Assembly: GCA_963743305.1 (NCBI GenBank) | Contig: CAVUPH010000006.1 | Location: 64,001 to 128,000, forward strand | Source of the DNA: an uncultured delta proteobacterium | GTDB taxonomy: Bacteria; Desulfobacterota; RBG-13-43-22 | Length of the DNA stretch: 64,000 nucleotides | Reading direction: 5' to 3' | Shown: positions 55,815 to 64,000 of the stretch, in pieces | How positions within the stretch are numbered: position 1 is the stretch's first letter | Layout: each line of letters opens with the position of its first letter | Translations under genes and position numbers: made by a program | The notes under the pieces: model-generated | The model's input: only the letters and a program-made list of their open reading frames with translations | The model's database searches: none | Told to the model about the DNA's origin: nothing

Positions 55815-57532
55815 CAATACCCGGTCGGTTCCTGGGACCTGTTCAACAATTCCCTGGCCAGGATTTTGGTAGATTCCGAGGGGGCGGCCCCGGACAACAT
55901 CCGGGCCAATTCCAGCAACCGCTCTTCTTCGTTTAAAACTTTTATCTCGGTGTAGGTGCGTTTGGCTTTTACTTTCTTGATGACCTGATAGTGGCTGTCG
56001 GCGAAGGCGGCGATTTGCGGCAGATGGGTGATGCATAAAACCTGATGAATCCGGGCCAAGGCTTTCAGTTTGCGTCCGACCTTTTCTCCCAGGCTGCCCC
56101 CGATACCGGCATCCACTTCGTCAAAAATCAGGGTTTCGGTCACTCCGCGTTGGGAAAGCAATCCTTTAAGCACCAGAAGGATCCTGGACAATTCGCCCCC
56201 CGAAGCGATGCGGGCCAACGGACGTAGCCCTTCCCCGGGATTAGGGGCCAGCAGGAATTCCCCCTTTTCCAGGCCCTCCGGAGTCAGCAGTCGGCCCCCA
56301 TAGGAAAATACCGCTTCGGTTTTGGGATCAAATGACGGTGAGGTAAACTGGATTTCAAAGCGACAGCCGGCAAGGCCCAATTCCTTAAATTCCTCTTCCA
56401 CCAGGCGAATCAAGCGCCGGGCGCTTTCGCGACGCCGGGTGGAGAGGACTTCGGAAACCTCGAATACGGTCCGGCGTTGGTTTTCCACGGCCTGCTCCAA
56501 GGCGCTTTGGCGCTGGCCGCTGTCCTCCTGTTCTTTTAACTGCCCTTCCAGAGTGGCCGAATAATCCAAAATCGCTTCGGCCGTTGGACCGTATTTGACC
56601 GCTAACCGCTGGAACTGCTGGAGCCGGTCCTCTACCTCCTCCAGGGTCCGGGGATCGAAAATTAACCCTTGGCCGTACTGGCGAAGCACAATCCCGATTT
56701 CCGACAGTTCCACTCCCAGGCGGTCCAGGGTCTCTCGGCTGGCTTCCAGGGTGGGATCGATGACGGCTACCGATCGCACCAGCTCCTTTACCCGCCCCAG
56801 TAAATTGGAGAGGGAATGGTCCGAACCGTCCAAGATTTCCTGGGCCTGATGGATCTTTTCCCAGATCTTCTCAGCCTGACGCATGACCTCCTTGCGCCGG
56901 CGCAATTCCTGTTCCTCCCCGGGTTTGAGTTGGGCCTGGCGAATCTCCTGAAGCTGAAAATTCCAGAGTTCCACCAAGTCATTTCGTTGCCGAGCCACCT
57001 CCTTGAGCCTTTCCAGCAGACGAATCTGCCTTTCCAATTCCTCATAGCCTGCCCTGACTTCCTGGCGGAGATCTTCCAGATCGGCAAAACGGTCCAGAAA
57101 AGAAAGATGCTGATTCGGATTTAATAGGGTTTGATATTCATGCTGGTTGGAAATGCTGATCAGGGTTCGGGTGTGCTGGGCCAATTGGCTCAAACCGGCG
57201 ACTTGGCCGTTAATCCAAGCCCGGCTTTTACCGGCGCCCTGAATGCTCCGACGAAACAGCCATTGGGGATCCCCTGAACAATCGGGGCAGGACGGCCCGA
57301 CCTTCCGGCCGTCACCCGCTTCCAGCACAAACAGGGCCGAAACGTTGGCTTCCGTCGTCCCCTGACGGATTACCTCCGCCGTCGCTTTATTCCCCAAAAG
57401 AAGGTTCACGGCCTTGATGATAATCGATTTCCCGGCCCCGGTTTCCCCGGAAAGTACGTTCAGCCCCGGCCCGAAGACAATATCCAGGTTTTCGATGAGG
57501 GCAAGATTTTGGATTTGCAGCAGCTCCAGCAT
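55814..57532 (-). CDS. recN: DNA repair protein RecN
   Basis: GETGAGKS, ASGGELSR, IFDEVDAG, ITHLPQIA. Confidence 0.95.
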   Translation of the reverse strand: MLELLQIQNLALIENLDIVFGPGLNVLSGETGAGKSIIIKAVNLLLGNKATAEVIRQGTTEANVSALFVLEAGDGRKVGPSCPDCSGDPQWLFRRSIQGAGKSRAWINGQVAGLSQLAQHTRTLISISNQHEYQTLLNPNQHLSFLDRFADLEDLRQEVRAGYEELERQIRLLERLKEVARQRNDLVELWNFQLQEIRQAQLKPGEEQELRRRKEVMRQAEKIWEKIHQAQEILDGSDHSLSNLLGRVKELVRSVAVIDPTLEASRETLDRLGVELSEIGIVLRQYGQGLIFDPRTLEEVEDRLQQFQRLAVKYGPTAEAILDYSATLEGQLKEQEDSGQRQSALEQAVENQRRTVFEVSEVLSTRRRESARRLIRLVEEEFKELGLAGCRFEIQFTSPSFDPKTEAVFSYGGRLLTPEGLEKGEFLLAPNPGEGLRPLARIASGGELSRILLVLKGLLSQRGVTETLIFDEVDAGIGGSLGEKVGRKLKALARIHQVLCITHLPQIAAFADSHYQVIKKVKAKRTYTEIKVLNEEERLLELARMLSGAAPSESTKILARELLNRSQEPTGY

Positions 57533-57600
57533 CGGACCGCGTTCCCTGAAAAAGGGTTTTTGGCTTCTTAACCGCCAAGGTTGATTCGAACCCCAGGAAT

Positions 57601-57640
57601 AAAAAAAGGCCCTCCAAAAGACGATGCCATTTGAGGGCCT
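57601..57640 (-). terminator. Rho-independent terminator of csp
   Basis: AGGCCCTC...GAGGGCCT stem followed by a T-run on the minus strand. Confidence 0.65.
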
Positions 57641-57666
57641 GGTGTTTTTAGATTTTCAGCGGATGG

Positions 57667-57870
57667 TCAAACCTTCATGACATTCGCGGCCTGCAACCCT
57701 TTATCCCCATCCTTGATTTCAAACTCCACATCCTGACCTTGTTTAAGCGTCTTAAACCCATCACTCTGGATAGCGGTGTAGTGAACAAAGACGTCGGATC
57801 CGCCCTCCCTTTCAATGAATCCAAACCCCTTGGCATCGTTAAACCACTTGACCTTCCCTCGACTCATCAT
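57667..57870 (-). CDS. Cold-shock protein
   Basis: [21 protein letters not shown]. Confidence 0.95.
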   Translation of the reverse strand: MMSRGKVKWFNDAKGFGFIEREGGSDVFVHYTAIQSDGFKTLKQGQDVEFEIKDGDKGLQAANVMKV

Positions 57871-58066
57871 GGTACCCCCTCCTTAAAAATAGGCTACACG
57901 GATGAAAGCTCCGTTACTGCAGGCCGGACAAAAAAAGGTAAAAAAGCGACGTCACCTTTTTACCTTGCTGGGAATTCGGACATTCATATAAAAATCAAAA
58001 ACCTCGATAAGGGGCTATTTAACTTGGATTATAAAGCATGTCAAGATCTTTTTTAATCTCCGGCGG

Positions 58067-59197
58067 CTAAAGTTGCATCCAGCCCTTTAGTCTAAATTCC
58101 CCTATCAGCGGTGGATGAGGCAAGTAGGGATTATCTACCCGGTCGGAGCGCCGGAAAATCAAAGGGCCCGAGGAGTGAATGGATCCTCGGCTGACGATCA
58201 GGCCCTCCAGTCTGCCGTTGACCGGTGGAATAAACGCCCCTCCCGACCAGAATACCGCCGCTGCCTCCGTGGCCGCTTCCACGAGGATATCTCCGCCGGC
58301 CAGGAAGGCCACATTCAGTTTCTGGGCTCCGTTAAGCCGGGCCGTGCCCTTGAAGGTGATTTTTCCGGTACTGACCAGGGTTATCCCGCTCAATTCCTCC
58401 CCCTCAAGCGTTACCTCCCCATCCACGAATATCAGGTTTCCTTGTTGATCTCCGGACAACCTCAGGGTCTGGGGACCGACAAAGTAATGGTTTCCCTCCT
58501 CTTGGGCCTGTCCCCGCAGCCGGTCAAAATCGGCCGGTTGAAGTACGGGTACTTCCCAGGCCTCCCGATAGTCGCCGCGGAGGGGATCCGCGGATTGACT
58601 GACGGTGAATTGCTGCTGCCTCAGACCATCGACCAGTGTGGGGTCAAGATCGAACCCCTGATTGGCATGAATATGGGTCTGCATTTGGATGGGCCCTCCC
58701 AGGTGCAGGCTCCCGGCGGTTAACAGCCCGATTCGAAAGGGAGCGGTGGCATCCTGGGCCCCGCCGCTGAAGCCCCCCAGGATGGTGGCCTTGAGTCGAG
58801 CCGTTGTTTGATTAAGAGGATCGACCGCCTGAACAACGAATTCAGCAAAACCCGGAACCGCTCCGGGATCGTAGCGCAAAGACTCCACCCAAAGCCGATA
58901 CTGTTTCCAATTGGCTTGCGCCGGCTCATGAAACGGCAGCGCTATTTCCGAACCGCTTTTTTTCAGGAGGAAGAATTCGGGATGGGCGCGAAAACCGGCC
59001 AGGAGGGTCTGAACCCCGGCCTCGGCCGCGTAGAGGACCTGTTGGCTATCCCGGTAATGGGCCATGATCTTCAAGTCCGCCCCGGACATCAAAAAGGCGG
59101 TGGTTCCGATGATGGTTACCCCCAGCATGGCCAGTAAAACCATGATCAGGGCCGCGCCCTTTTCCTGCTTACGGCTTTCCTTTTTAGGTCGCTTCAA
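58067..59197 (-). CDS. PilX-like type IV pilus assembly protein
   Basis: EKG/AALIMVLL class III signal, QVLYAAEAGV, beta-rich C-terminal region. Confidence 0.75.
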   Translation of the reverse strand: MKRPKKESRKQEKGAALIMVLLAMLGVTIIGTTAFLMSGADLKIMAHYRDSQQVLYAAEAGVQTLLAGFRAHPEFFLLKKSGSEIALPFHEPAQANWKQYRLWVESLRYDPGAVPGFAEFVVQAVDPLNQTTARLKATILGGFSGGAQDATAPFRIGLLTAGSLHLGGPIQMQTHIHANQGFDLDPTLVDGLRQQQFTVSQSADPLRGDYREAWEVPVLQPADFDRLRGQAQEEGNHYFVGPQTLRLSGDQQGNLIFVDGEVTLEGEELSGITLVSTGKITFKGTARLNGAQKLNVAFLAGGDILVEAATEAAAVFWSGGAFIPPVNGRLEGLIVSRGSIHSSGPLIFRRSDRVDNPYLPHPPLIGEFRLKGWMQL

Positions 59198-60150
59198 TTC
59201 CGTCTCCTCACCTGTGAGGTTAAAAGCAAAGGTTGTCCTTCCCTTTCAGCGGCTGTAGCCCTTCCTGGTTCCAGAAGTGCTCCGATTTCCAGGTCAAATG
59301 AACCGTTCGGCCCTGGTTTAATCTTTAGATGAACGATATCTTCCGCCACCGGTTCAAATCCGCCGGCGTTGATTTTTCGTTTCAACACCGGTCTCCCGGC
59401 TTCGTGGAAATGCCCGGCCGAATCATTCTGGTCGGTAAAGACGGCGTAACTGACCAGGCTCACTTCACCCACCTCTGTTCCAGAAGGCTGGGTCTGTTCT
59501 AAGCCCTGCCACCCTGGATCCCTGGGGTCGGCATCAAGGGTCAGGCTCCGGCCGTTGATCGCTCTGACCAGAGCGAATTGAGGAGGTTTCCCGAGATAGA
59601 GAACATCCCCTACCCGATACTGGTCGCTGACCTCGGAAGCGGATAACGACAGGGTTAAAATATTTCCTCCGGCCGGGACCTCCGAGGCCAGGACGGCCGG
59701 GTTGTTTTCATTCGGCAAGACGGTCACGATGGAAATAACATCCGGGTGAACTCCACCGGAGACTACGGTCACCGCTTCCTGGAGGTTTACGGCCAGTGGG
59801 TATTTAGGGAGATACGCCTCCGGGATCCCCAGGCCGGTGATCAGTCGCTGCGACTCATCCCCATCGGGATAGGCGGCCAGCCGGAGGTCGCGGCTGATCA
59901 TTTCCAGGGAGGCCCGGAGAACCTGTTGGCGATTCACTTTTCGACCCTGTTGTCTGAAGGCATCGGCTTGATGAATATACAGCTCGTAGGTTACCCCCAG
60001 AATCGAGACGATCAGCCCCAGGGCCACCAGCAGTTCCAGAAGCTGAAAGCCGGTGGCGTCTTTGATCCGATAGCGAACCGAGTCTTGAACAGCATCCCCC
60101 GAAATCCGGACCATTTCTTTACCTCCTTTTTTTTGGGTGGACGGCCACAA
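59194..60150 (-). CDS. PilW-like minor pilin
   Basis: G/FQLLELLVAL prepilin motif, RASLEMISRDLRLA, EPVAEDI; exact start uncertain. Confidence 0.75.
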   Translation of the reverse strand: MWPSTQKKGGKEMVRISGDAVQDSVRYRIKDATGFQLLELLVALGLIVSILGVTYELYIHQADAFRQQGRKVNRQQVLRASLEMISRDLRLAAYPDGDESQRLITGLGIPEAYLPKYPLAVNLQEAVTVVSGGVHPDVISIVTVLPNENNPAVLASEVPAGGNILTLSLSASEVSDQYRVGDVLYLGKPPQFALVRAINGRSLTLDADPRDPGWQGLEQTQPSGTEVGEVSLVSYAVFTDQNDSAGHFHEAGRPVLKRKINAGGFEPVAEDIVHLKIKPGPNGSFDLEIGALLEPGRATAAEREGQPLLLTSQVRRRN

Positions 60151-60183
60151 TATATGGTAGCTTAGTCTGAAAGCGGTGCTCCG

Positions 60184-60403
60184 TGGCCGCCGGGTCTCGG
60201 CGAAAGGGTTTTCTCCCGCCTCAGGGACTTTTCAGGTTCTAACCCGGTCCCCATCTTGTCAATTCTTCGGGGAGGCAGGGCCGGCCTGATAGGCATCAGA
60301 GGTCTCTGAATTTGGGCCTGCTTTAAATAAAATTAGCATCCTAGGCCCGGATTCGAAGTCCGGAGTACCTATGGAAAACCCTTTCGCCGAGACCCGACGG
60401 CCA
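60184..60403. repeat. 30-bp inverted repeat (29/30) enclosing 160 bp
   Basis: TGGCCGCCGGGTCTCGGCGAAAGGGTTTTC (60184-60213) vs GAAAACCCTTTCGCCGAGACCCGACGGCCA (60374-60403). Confidence 0.85.
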
Positions 60404-60447
60404 TACCAGCCATGATGGGTACCCACCCAAAAGGGCGAAGCGACGAT

Positions 60448-60918
60448 TTATTGCACTCTTACCCTTCCTTGCGATGAAACAGTAATCAATTTCTGTCGTT
60501 CTCCGCTCTTCAGGAGAATGGAGGCACCGGCCGCCGTCCCCCGCGGGGAAAAAACCGGGTTGAAACTGCTGCTCAATAAGTCCACCCCCGGGTGATAGTA
60601 GGGATTTTCCGGGTTATTGAATTCTCGAGAGATTCCTGCCGGGACTCCTGTCCACTGGATGCCAGCGGAGGCGGAGGCCTTCTCGATCTGATAGGATTCC
60701 CGGCCCGGGGAAAAAACTATTCGGCAGGGGCGGTTTTGAGCAATGGCCATCATCCGAGTCGTCTGGATATCCAGGACGATATCCTTTACGGCTCCCTGCA
60801 GATGGAGGGATGGGTAGAGATCCCGGAAACCAAAACCGACCAGGGCCGCCGTCAGACCGACCAATCCCAGGGTGACGACGATCTCCAGGAGAGTCATTCC
60901 CTTAGACGAGTTCCACAT
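60448..60918 (-). CDS. FimT/GspH-like minor pilin
   Basis: KG/MTLLEIVVTL prepilin motif, TRMMAIAQN, FSPRG, ITVSSQGRV. Confidence 0.82.
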   Translation of the reverse strand: MWNSSKGMTLLEIVVTLGLVGLTAALVGFGFRDLYPSLHLQGAVKDIVLDIQTTRMMAIAQNRPCRIVFSPGRESYQIEKASASAGIQWTGVPAGISREFNNPENPYYHPGVDLLSSSFNPVFSPRGTAAGASILLKSGERQKLITVSSQGRVRVQ

Positions 60919-60960
60919 CCCTTCCTCTCCTAAGCGTTATGTTGATTTATAAACATTCAA

Positions 60961-60976
60961 AGCCACATTTATGCCG
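60961..60976 (-). promoter_or_regulatory. Possible sigma54 promoter of the fimT-like gene
   Basis: Minus strand CGGCATA-AATG-TGGCT with GG-N10-GC spacing. Confidence 0.4.
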
Positions 60977-61132
60977 CATAGGGGTGTTTAAAAAGATGAA
61001 CGTCCAACATCTTTTCAGTAAACTTACCGCAGTCCATCCGTCGCCTGAAAGGCCTGGCGCTTATGGCTTTCCCTCCAGGGTCAAAAGGCCTCTCCGAAGG
61101 AACGGCAACAATTTTTCGAGTGATTTTTGGAG

Positions 61133-61939
61133 TTACCTGGGGGGGGTAAGGGAAGAAAAATTCAGATACCAGGCGATGAGCTCGGGTCCCAGGAAAAGAT
61201 GGACCAGAGCGCCCAAAGCGAGGAAGGGTCCGAAAGGCAGGGCGTGGGTTCGCCCTTTTTTCCAGAACAGGATCAGGGCGATTCCCAGGATGCTGCCGAT
61301 CAGTGAGGAGATGATTATGGTAACCAGGACACCGGTCCAGCCCAAAAAAGCGCCGATCATGGCTAATAATTTGATATCTCCCCCGCCCATACCTTCTCTT
61401 TTCGCCAATAGTTCGTAGCCGGTGGCCAGCAGGTAGAGGAGACCGCCTCCAACCAGTAATCCTATCAGGGAGGATTTCCATCCGGGTTCTCCCGTCAGCC
61501 AGGATAATCCCAGGCCCACGACCAACCCCGGCAACGAAATAACGTCCGGGATGATTTGGTGCTCCCAGTCGATAAAAGTGACCACCACCAGGGCGCCGGC
61601 CAAAACGGCGCCCTGAAGGAAGAGCCAGGAAATTCCAAAACGCCAAACCAGGGCGACCATCAGGAAAGCCGTAAGGAGTTCGATCAGCGGATAGCGATAA
61701 GCGATGGGTTGTCGACAGTAGCGGCATGCCCCTCTTAATAGCAAGAAACTTACCAAAGGGATATTCTCCCAGGGGGACAGGCCGTGCCCACAGCGGGGAC
61801 AGTGCGAGCCCGGCCAAACGATGGACTCTTCCCGGGGCAGCCGATAAATACAGACATTGAAAAAACTGCCCAATACCAGACCCAACAGGCCAACCAGCCC
61901 ATAAACCATTATCGGCAAACCGTTCCCCAGAGTTGTCAT
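61133..61939 (-). CDS. pilD: Prepilin peptidase/N-methyltransferase
   Basis: GSFFNVCIYRLP, SHCPRC, ENIPLVS, CRYC, GMGGGDIKL, PFGPFL. Confidence 0.94.
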   Translation of the reverse strand: MTTLGNGLPIMVYGLVGLLGLVLGSFFNVCIYRLPREESIVWPGSHCPRCGHGLSPWENIPLVSFLLLRGACRYCRQPIAYRYPLIELLTAFLMVALVWRFGISWLFLQGAVLAGALVVVTFIDWEHQIIPDVISLPGLVVGLGLSWLTGEPGWKSSLIGLLVGGGLLYLLATGYELLAKREGMGGGDIKLLAMIGAFLGWTGVLVTIIISSLIGSILGIALILFWKKGRTHALPFGPFLALGALVHLFLGPELIAWYLNFSSLTPPR

Positions 61940-61985
61940 GGATTTAACCTTTCCTTCGGCCTACTATTCCGATAGTCTAATGAAT

Positions 61986-62014
61986 TTGACAATTGTCCCG
62001 GTTCTCGGTACTAT
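61986..62014 (+). promoter_or_regulatory. Sigma70 promoter
   Basis: TTGACA-17 nt-TACTAT upstream of the Sua5/YciO gene. Confidence 0.6.
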
Positions 62015-62101
62015 TACCATAAAGGGAAGAAACTTTACAGTCTTTGTGAACCGTTTACCTAATCGAATCCGCCGCCCGGACGCCGAGAAAGGGGCAGGTC
62101 T

Positions 62102-62710
62102 ATGATCTACCGCATCAACCCGCAAAATCCGCAAAAAAGACTGATTTCCAAAGCGGTGGACATCTTAAGGACCGGAGGGGTGATCGCCTACCCGACCGAC
62201 ACCATTTACGGTTTTGGTTGCGACATCCTGAACAAAAAAGCGATCCAGCGGATTTATCAGATCAAAAAACGGGACCGCTCCAAACCCTTCAGTTTTATCT
62301 GTTCCAACCTGAAAAATATCAGCGAATACGCCCAGGTGACCGACTATGCCTATAAGACCATGAAGCGCTTACTGCCCGGCCCTTATACCTTCATCCTGCC
62401 GGGAAGCAAACTGGTGCCCAAGATCATGCTGACCAAAAGGAAAACGGTGGGCATCCGGGTTCCCAATAATAACATTTGTTTGGCTATTGTCGAAGCTTTA
62501 GGGCATCCGATCATCAGCACCAGCGTCGGTTGGTCTGGCCGGGAGGTCTTAAGCGACCCGCAGCAGATCGAAGAAACCTTCGGCTCCCAGATAGAACTCA
62601 CGATTGACGGTGGAATCCTGCCCAACCAGCCCTCCAGCATCGTCTCGTTGTTGGACGACCTGCCGGAAGTCATTCGGGCCGGCCAGGGTGAGGTGAGTCA
62701 GTTTCTGTAA
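62102..62710 (+). CDS. Sua5/YrdC/YciO family protein (threonylcarbamoyl-AMP synthase fold)
   Basis: YPTDTIYG, IKKR, LPGPYTFIL, TVGIRVP, ISTS. Confidence 0.9.
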   Translation: MIYRINPQNPQKRLISKAVDILRTGGVIAYPTDTIYGFGCDILNKKAIQRIYQIKKRDRSKPFSFICSNLKNISEYAQVTDYAYKTMKRLLPGPYTFILPGSKLVPKIMLTKRKTVGIRVPNNNICLAIVEALGHPIISTSVGWSGREVLSDPQQIEETFGSQIELTIDGGILPNQPSSIVSLLDDLPEVIRAGQGEVSQFL

Positions 62711-62901
62711 AAAGCGGGGGAAATCCATAACAAGTCGAAAACGAATGTCGGTGTTTGGCATTAGACCATGGAAGAAGGATGGGAGAGACTTTTTTCGATC
62801 TCCCCAGTAGAAAACCTGCAGAAAGATGAGGCCTCCCCCTAGACGGGTCTAGATAGCCCTCCAGGGGGGGGTCGGGTTAGAGACGAAGGTTGGTTCCCGG
62901 T

Positions 62902-64000
62902 TCAGTCGGTATTTTCCTGGGGATCGAGAGAGGTCTTGGTTTTATTTTCCAATCCTTCCCGCAACAAATCCCCCAGGTTGGAACTGGCTTCCCGGGAAGT
63001 ATTGACATATTCCTTCACGTATTGTTGATCTTCTTCTTTTTTGGCCCGCCGAATAGACAATCCGATGCGCCGGTCCTTTTTATTGACATTGATGACTTTG
63101 GCGCTGATCAGGTCACCCACTTTAAATAGACCGACCGGGGTCTTGATTTTTTCCTTGCTCACCTCGGAAACATGCACCAGACCCTCGATCCCCTCTTCCA
63201 ACTCCACGAAGATACCGAAATCGGTCACATTGGTGATAATTCCGGTAACCATTGTCCCGGGGGCGTATTTTCGGGGGATATCCTCCCAGGGATCGATCTC
63301 CAACTGTTTGATGCCCAAAGAAAAACGTTCCTGATCCTTATCGATATGCAGGACCTTGGCCTGAATCTCCTGACCTTTTTTGTACAACTCGGCCGGGTGC
63401 TTGATGCGCTTGATCCAGGAAATATCTGAAATATGAACCAGCCCGTCAATGCCTTCATCGATGCCGATAAACAAGCCGAAGTCGGTAATATTCTTAATTT
63501 TTCCTTCAATAACCGTCCCCTCCGGATATTTTTCGGCAATCACATCCCAGGGATTCGGCTCTATCTGTTTCATGCCCAACGAGATGCGTTTCTTATCGGG
63601 GTCCACGGAAATGACCACGGCTTCCACCTGATCCCCCACCGAAACAACTTTCGATGGATGACGGATCTTCTGCGTCCAGGACATTTCCGAAACGTGAATC
63701 AGCCCTTCCACCCCGGTCTCCAGTTCCACAAAGGCCCCGTATTCGGTTAAGTTCACCACTTTTCCCTGAACCCGGGAACCGATTTGGTATTTTTCCGTTA
63801 CTACCGTCCAGGGATCGGCCAGAAGCTGTTTAAGTCCCAGAGAAACCCGCTGCCTTTCCCGGTCGAAATTCAAGACTACCACCCGTAGTGTTTCGCCCAC
63901 CTGGCAGATATCGGAAGGGTGACTGGCCCGACCCCAGGAAATATCGGTCACGTGCAACAGTCCGTCAATACCGCCTAAATCGATAAAGATCCCATAATCG
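62902..64000 (-). CDS. rpsA: 30S ribosomal protein S1, C-terminal part (starts beyond window)
   Basis: Tandem S1 domains (YGAFVEL...EGLIHVSE...RISLGMKQ); the frame runs to the window edge. Confidence 0.95.
   Translation of the reverse strand, partial: DYGIFIDLGGIDGLLHVTDISWGRASHPSDICQVGETLRVVVLNFDRERQRVSLGLKQLLADPWTVVTEKYQIGSRVQGKVVNLTEYGAFVELETGVEGLIHVSEMSWTQKIRHPSKVVSVGDQVEAVVISVDPDKKRISLGMKQIEPNPWDVIAEKYPEGTVIEGKIKNITDFGLFIGIDEGIDGLVHISDISWIKRIKHPAELYKKGQEIQAKVLHIDKDQERFSLGIKQLEIDPWEDIPRKYAPGTMVTGIITNVTDFGIFVELEEGIEGLVHVSEVSKEKIKTPVGLFKVGDLISAKVINVNKKDRRIGLSIRRAKKEEDQQYVKEYVNTSREASSNLGDLLREGLENKTKTSLDPQENTD

Noticed and set aside
55815-56036. N-terminal extension of the nucleoside phosphorylase ORF
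   Set aside because: Overlaps recN out of frame; the start at 55814 is coupled to the recN stop.

Overview
A GC-rich bacterial chromosomal window, most genes on the minus strand. The gene content (pilins, multiheme cytochrome, PPDK, sigma54-type promoters, REP-like palindromes) suggests an anaerobic Deltaproteobacterium/Desulfobacterota; that assignment is inference. Layout: (1) 1-13.2 kb housekeeping genes: lytic transglycosylase, DHH phosphoesterase, tRNA-Phe, rsmE, prmA, larB, B12 radical SAM, CCA/HD protein, ppdK. (2) 13.2-33.7 kb co-oriented cluster of about 20 kb: a glycyl radical enzyme of unassigned class with its activase, a tandem TetR regulator with two candidate operators, three SDRs, enoyl-CoA hydratase, Fe-S flavoprotein, two acyl-CoA ligases, a Liv-type ABC importer, an alpha/beta hydrolase and two KAS III (FabH-like) paralogues with complementary active-site losses. 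This is the best candidate for an undescribed pathway. (3) 33.7-37.8 kb: DsrE-like protein, a lipoprotein and a frameshifted 8-heme cytochrome with a sigma54-type promoter. (4) 39.6-49.5 kb decayed toxin-antitoxin/defence island: DUF3553, AAA-DUF4143, RelE/HigA, IS110 fragment, DUF433/DUF5615, NERD, DUF3368, Y1 transposase, DUF2075. (5) 49.9-64 kb: rmlABD, PilB-like ATPase, nucleoside phosphorylase, recN, csp, minor pilins with a 30-bp inverted-repeat element upstream of pilW, pilD, a Sua5/YciO gene and partial rpsA. All family assignments come from motif recognition by eye; no database search was run.
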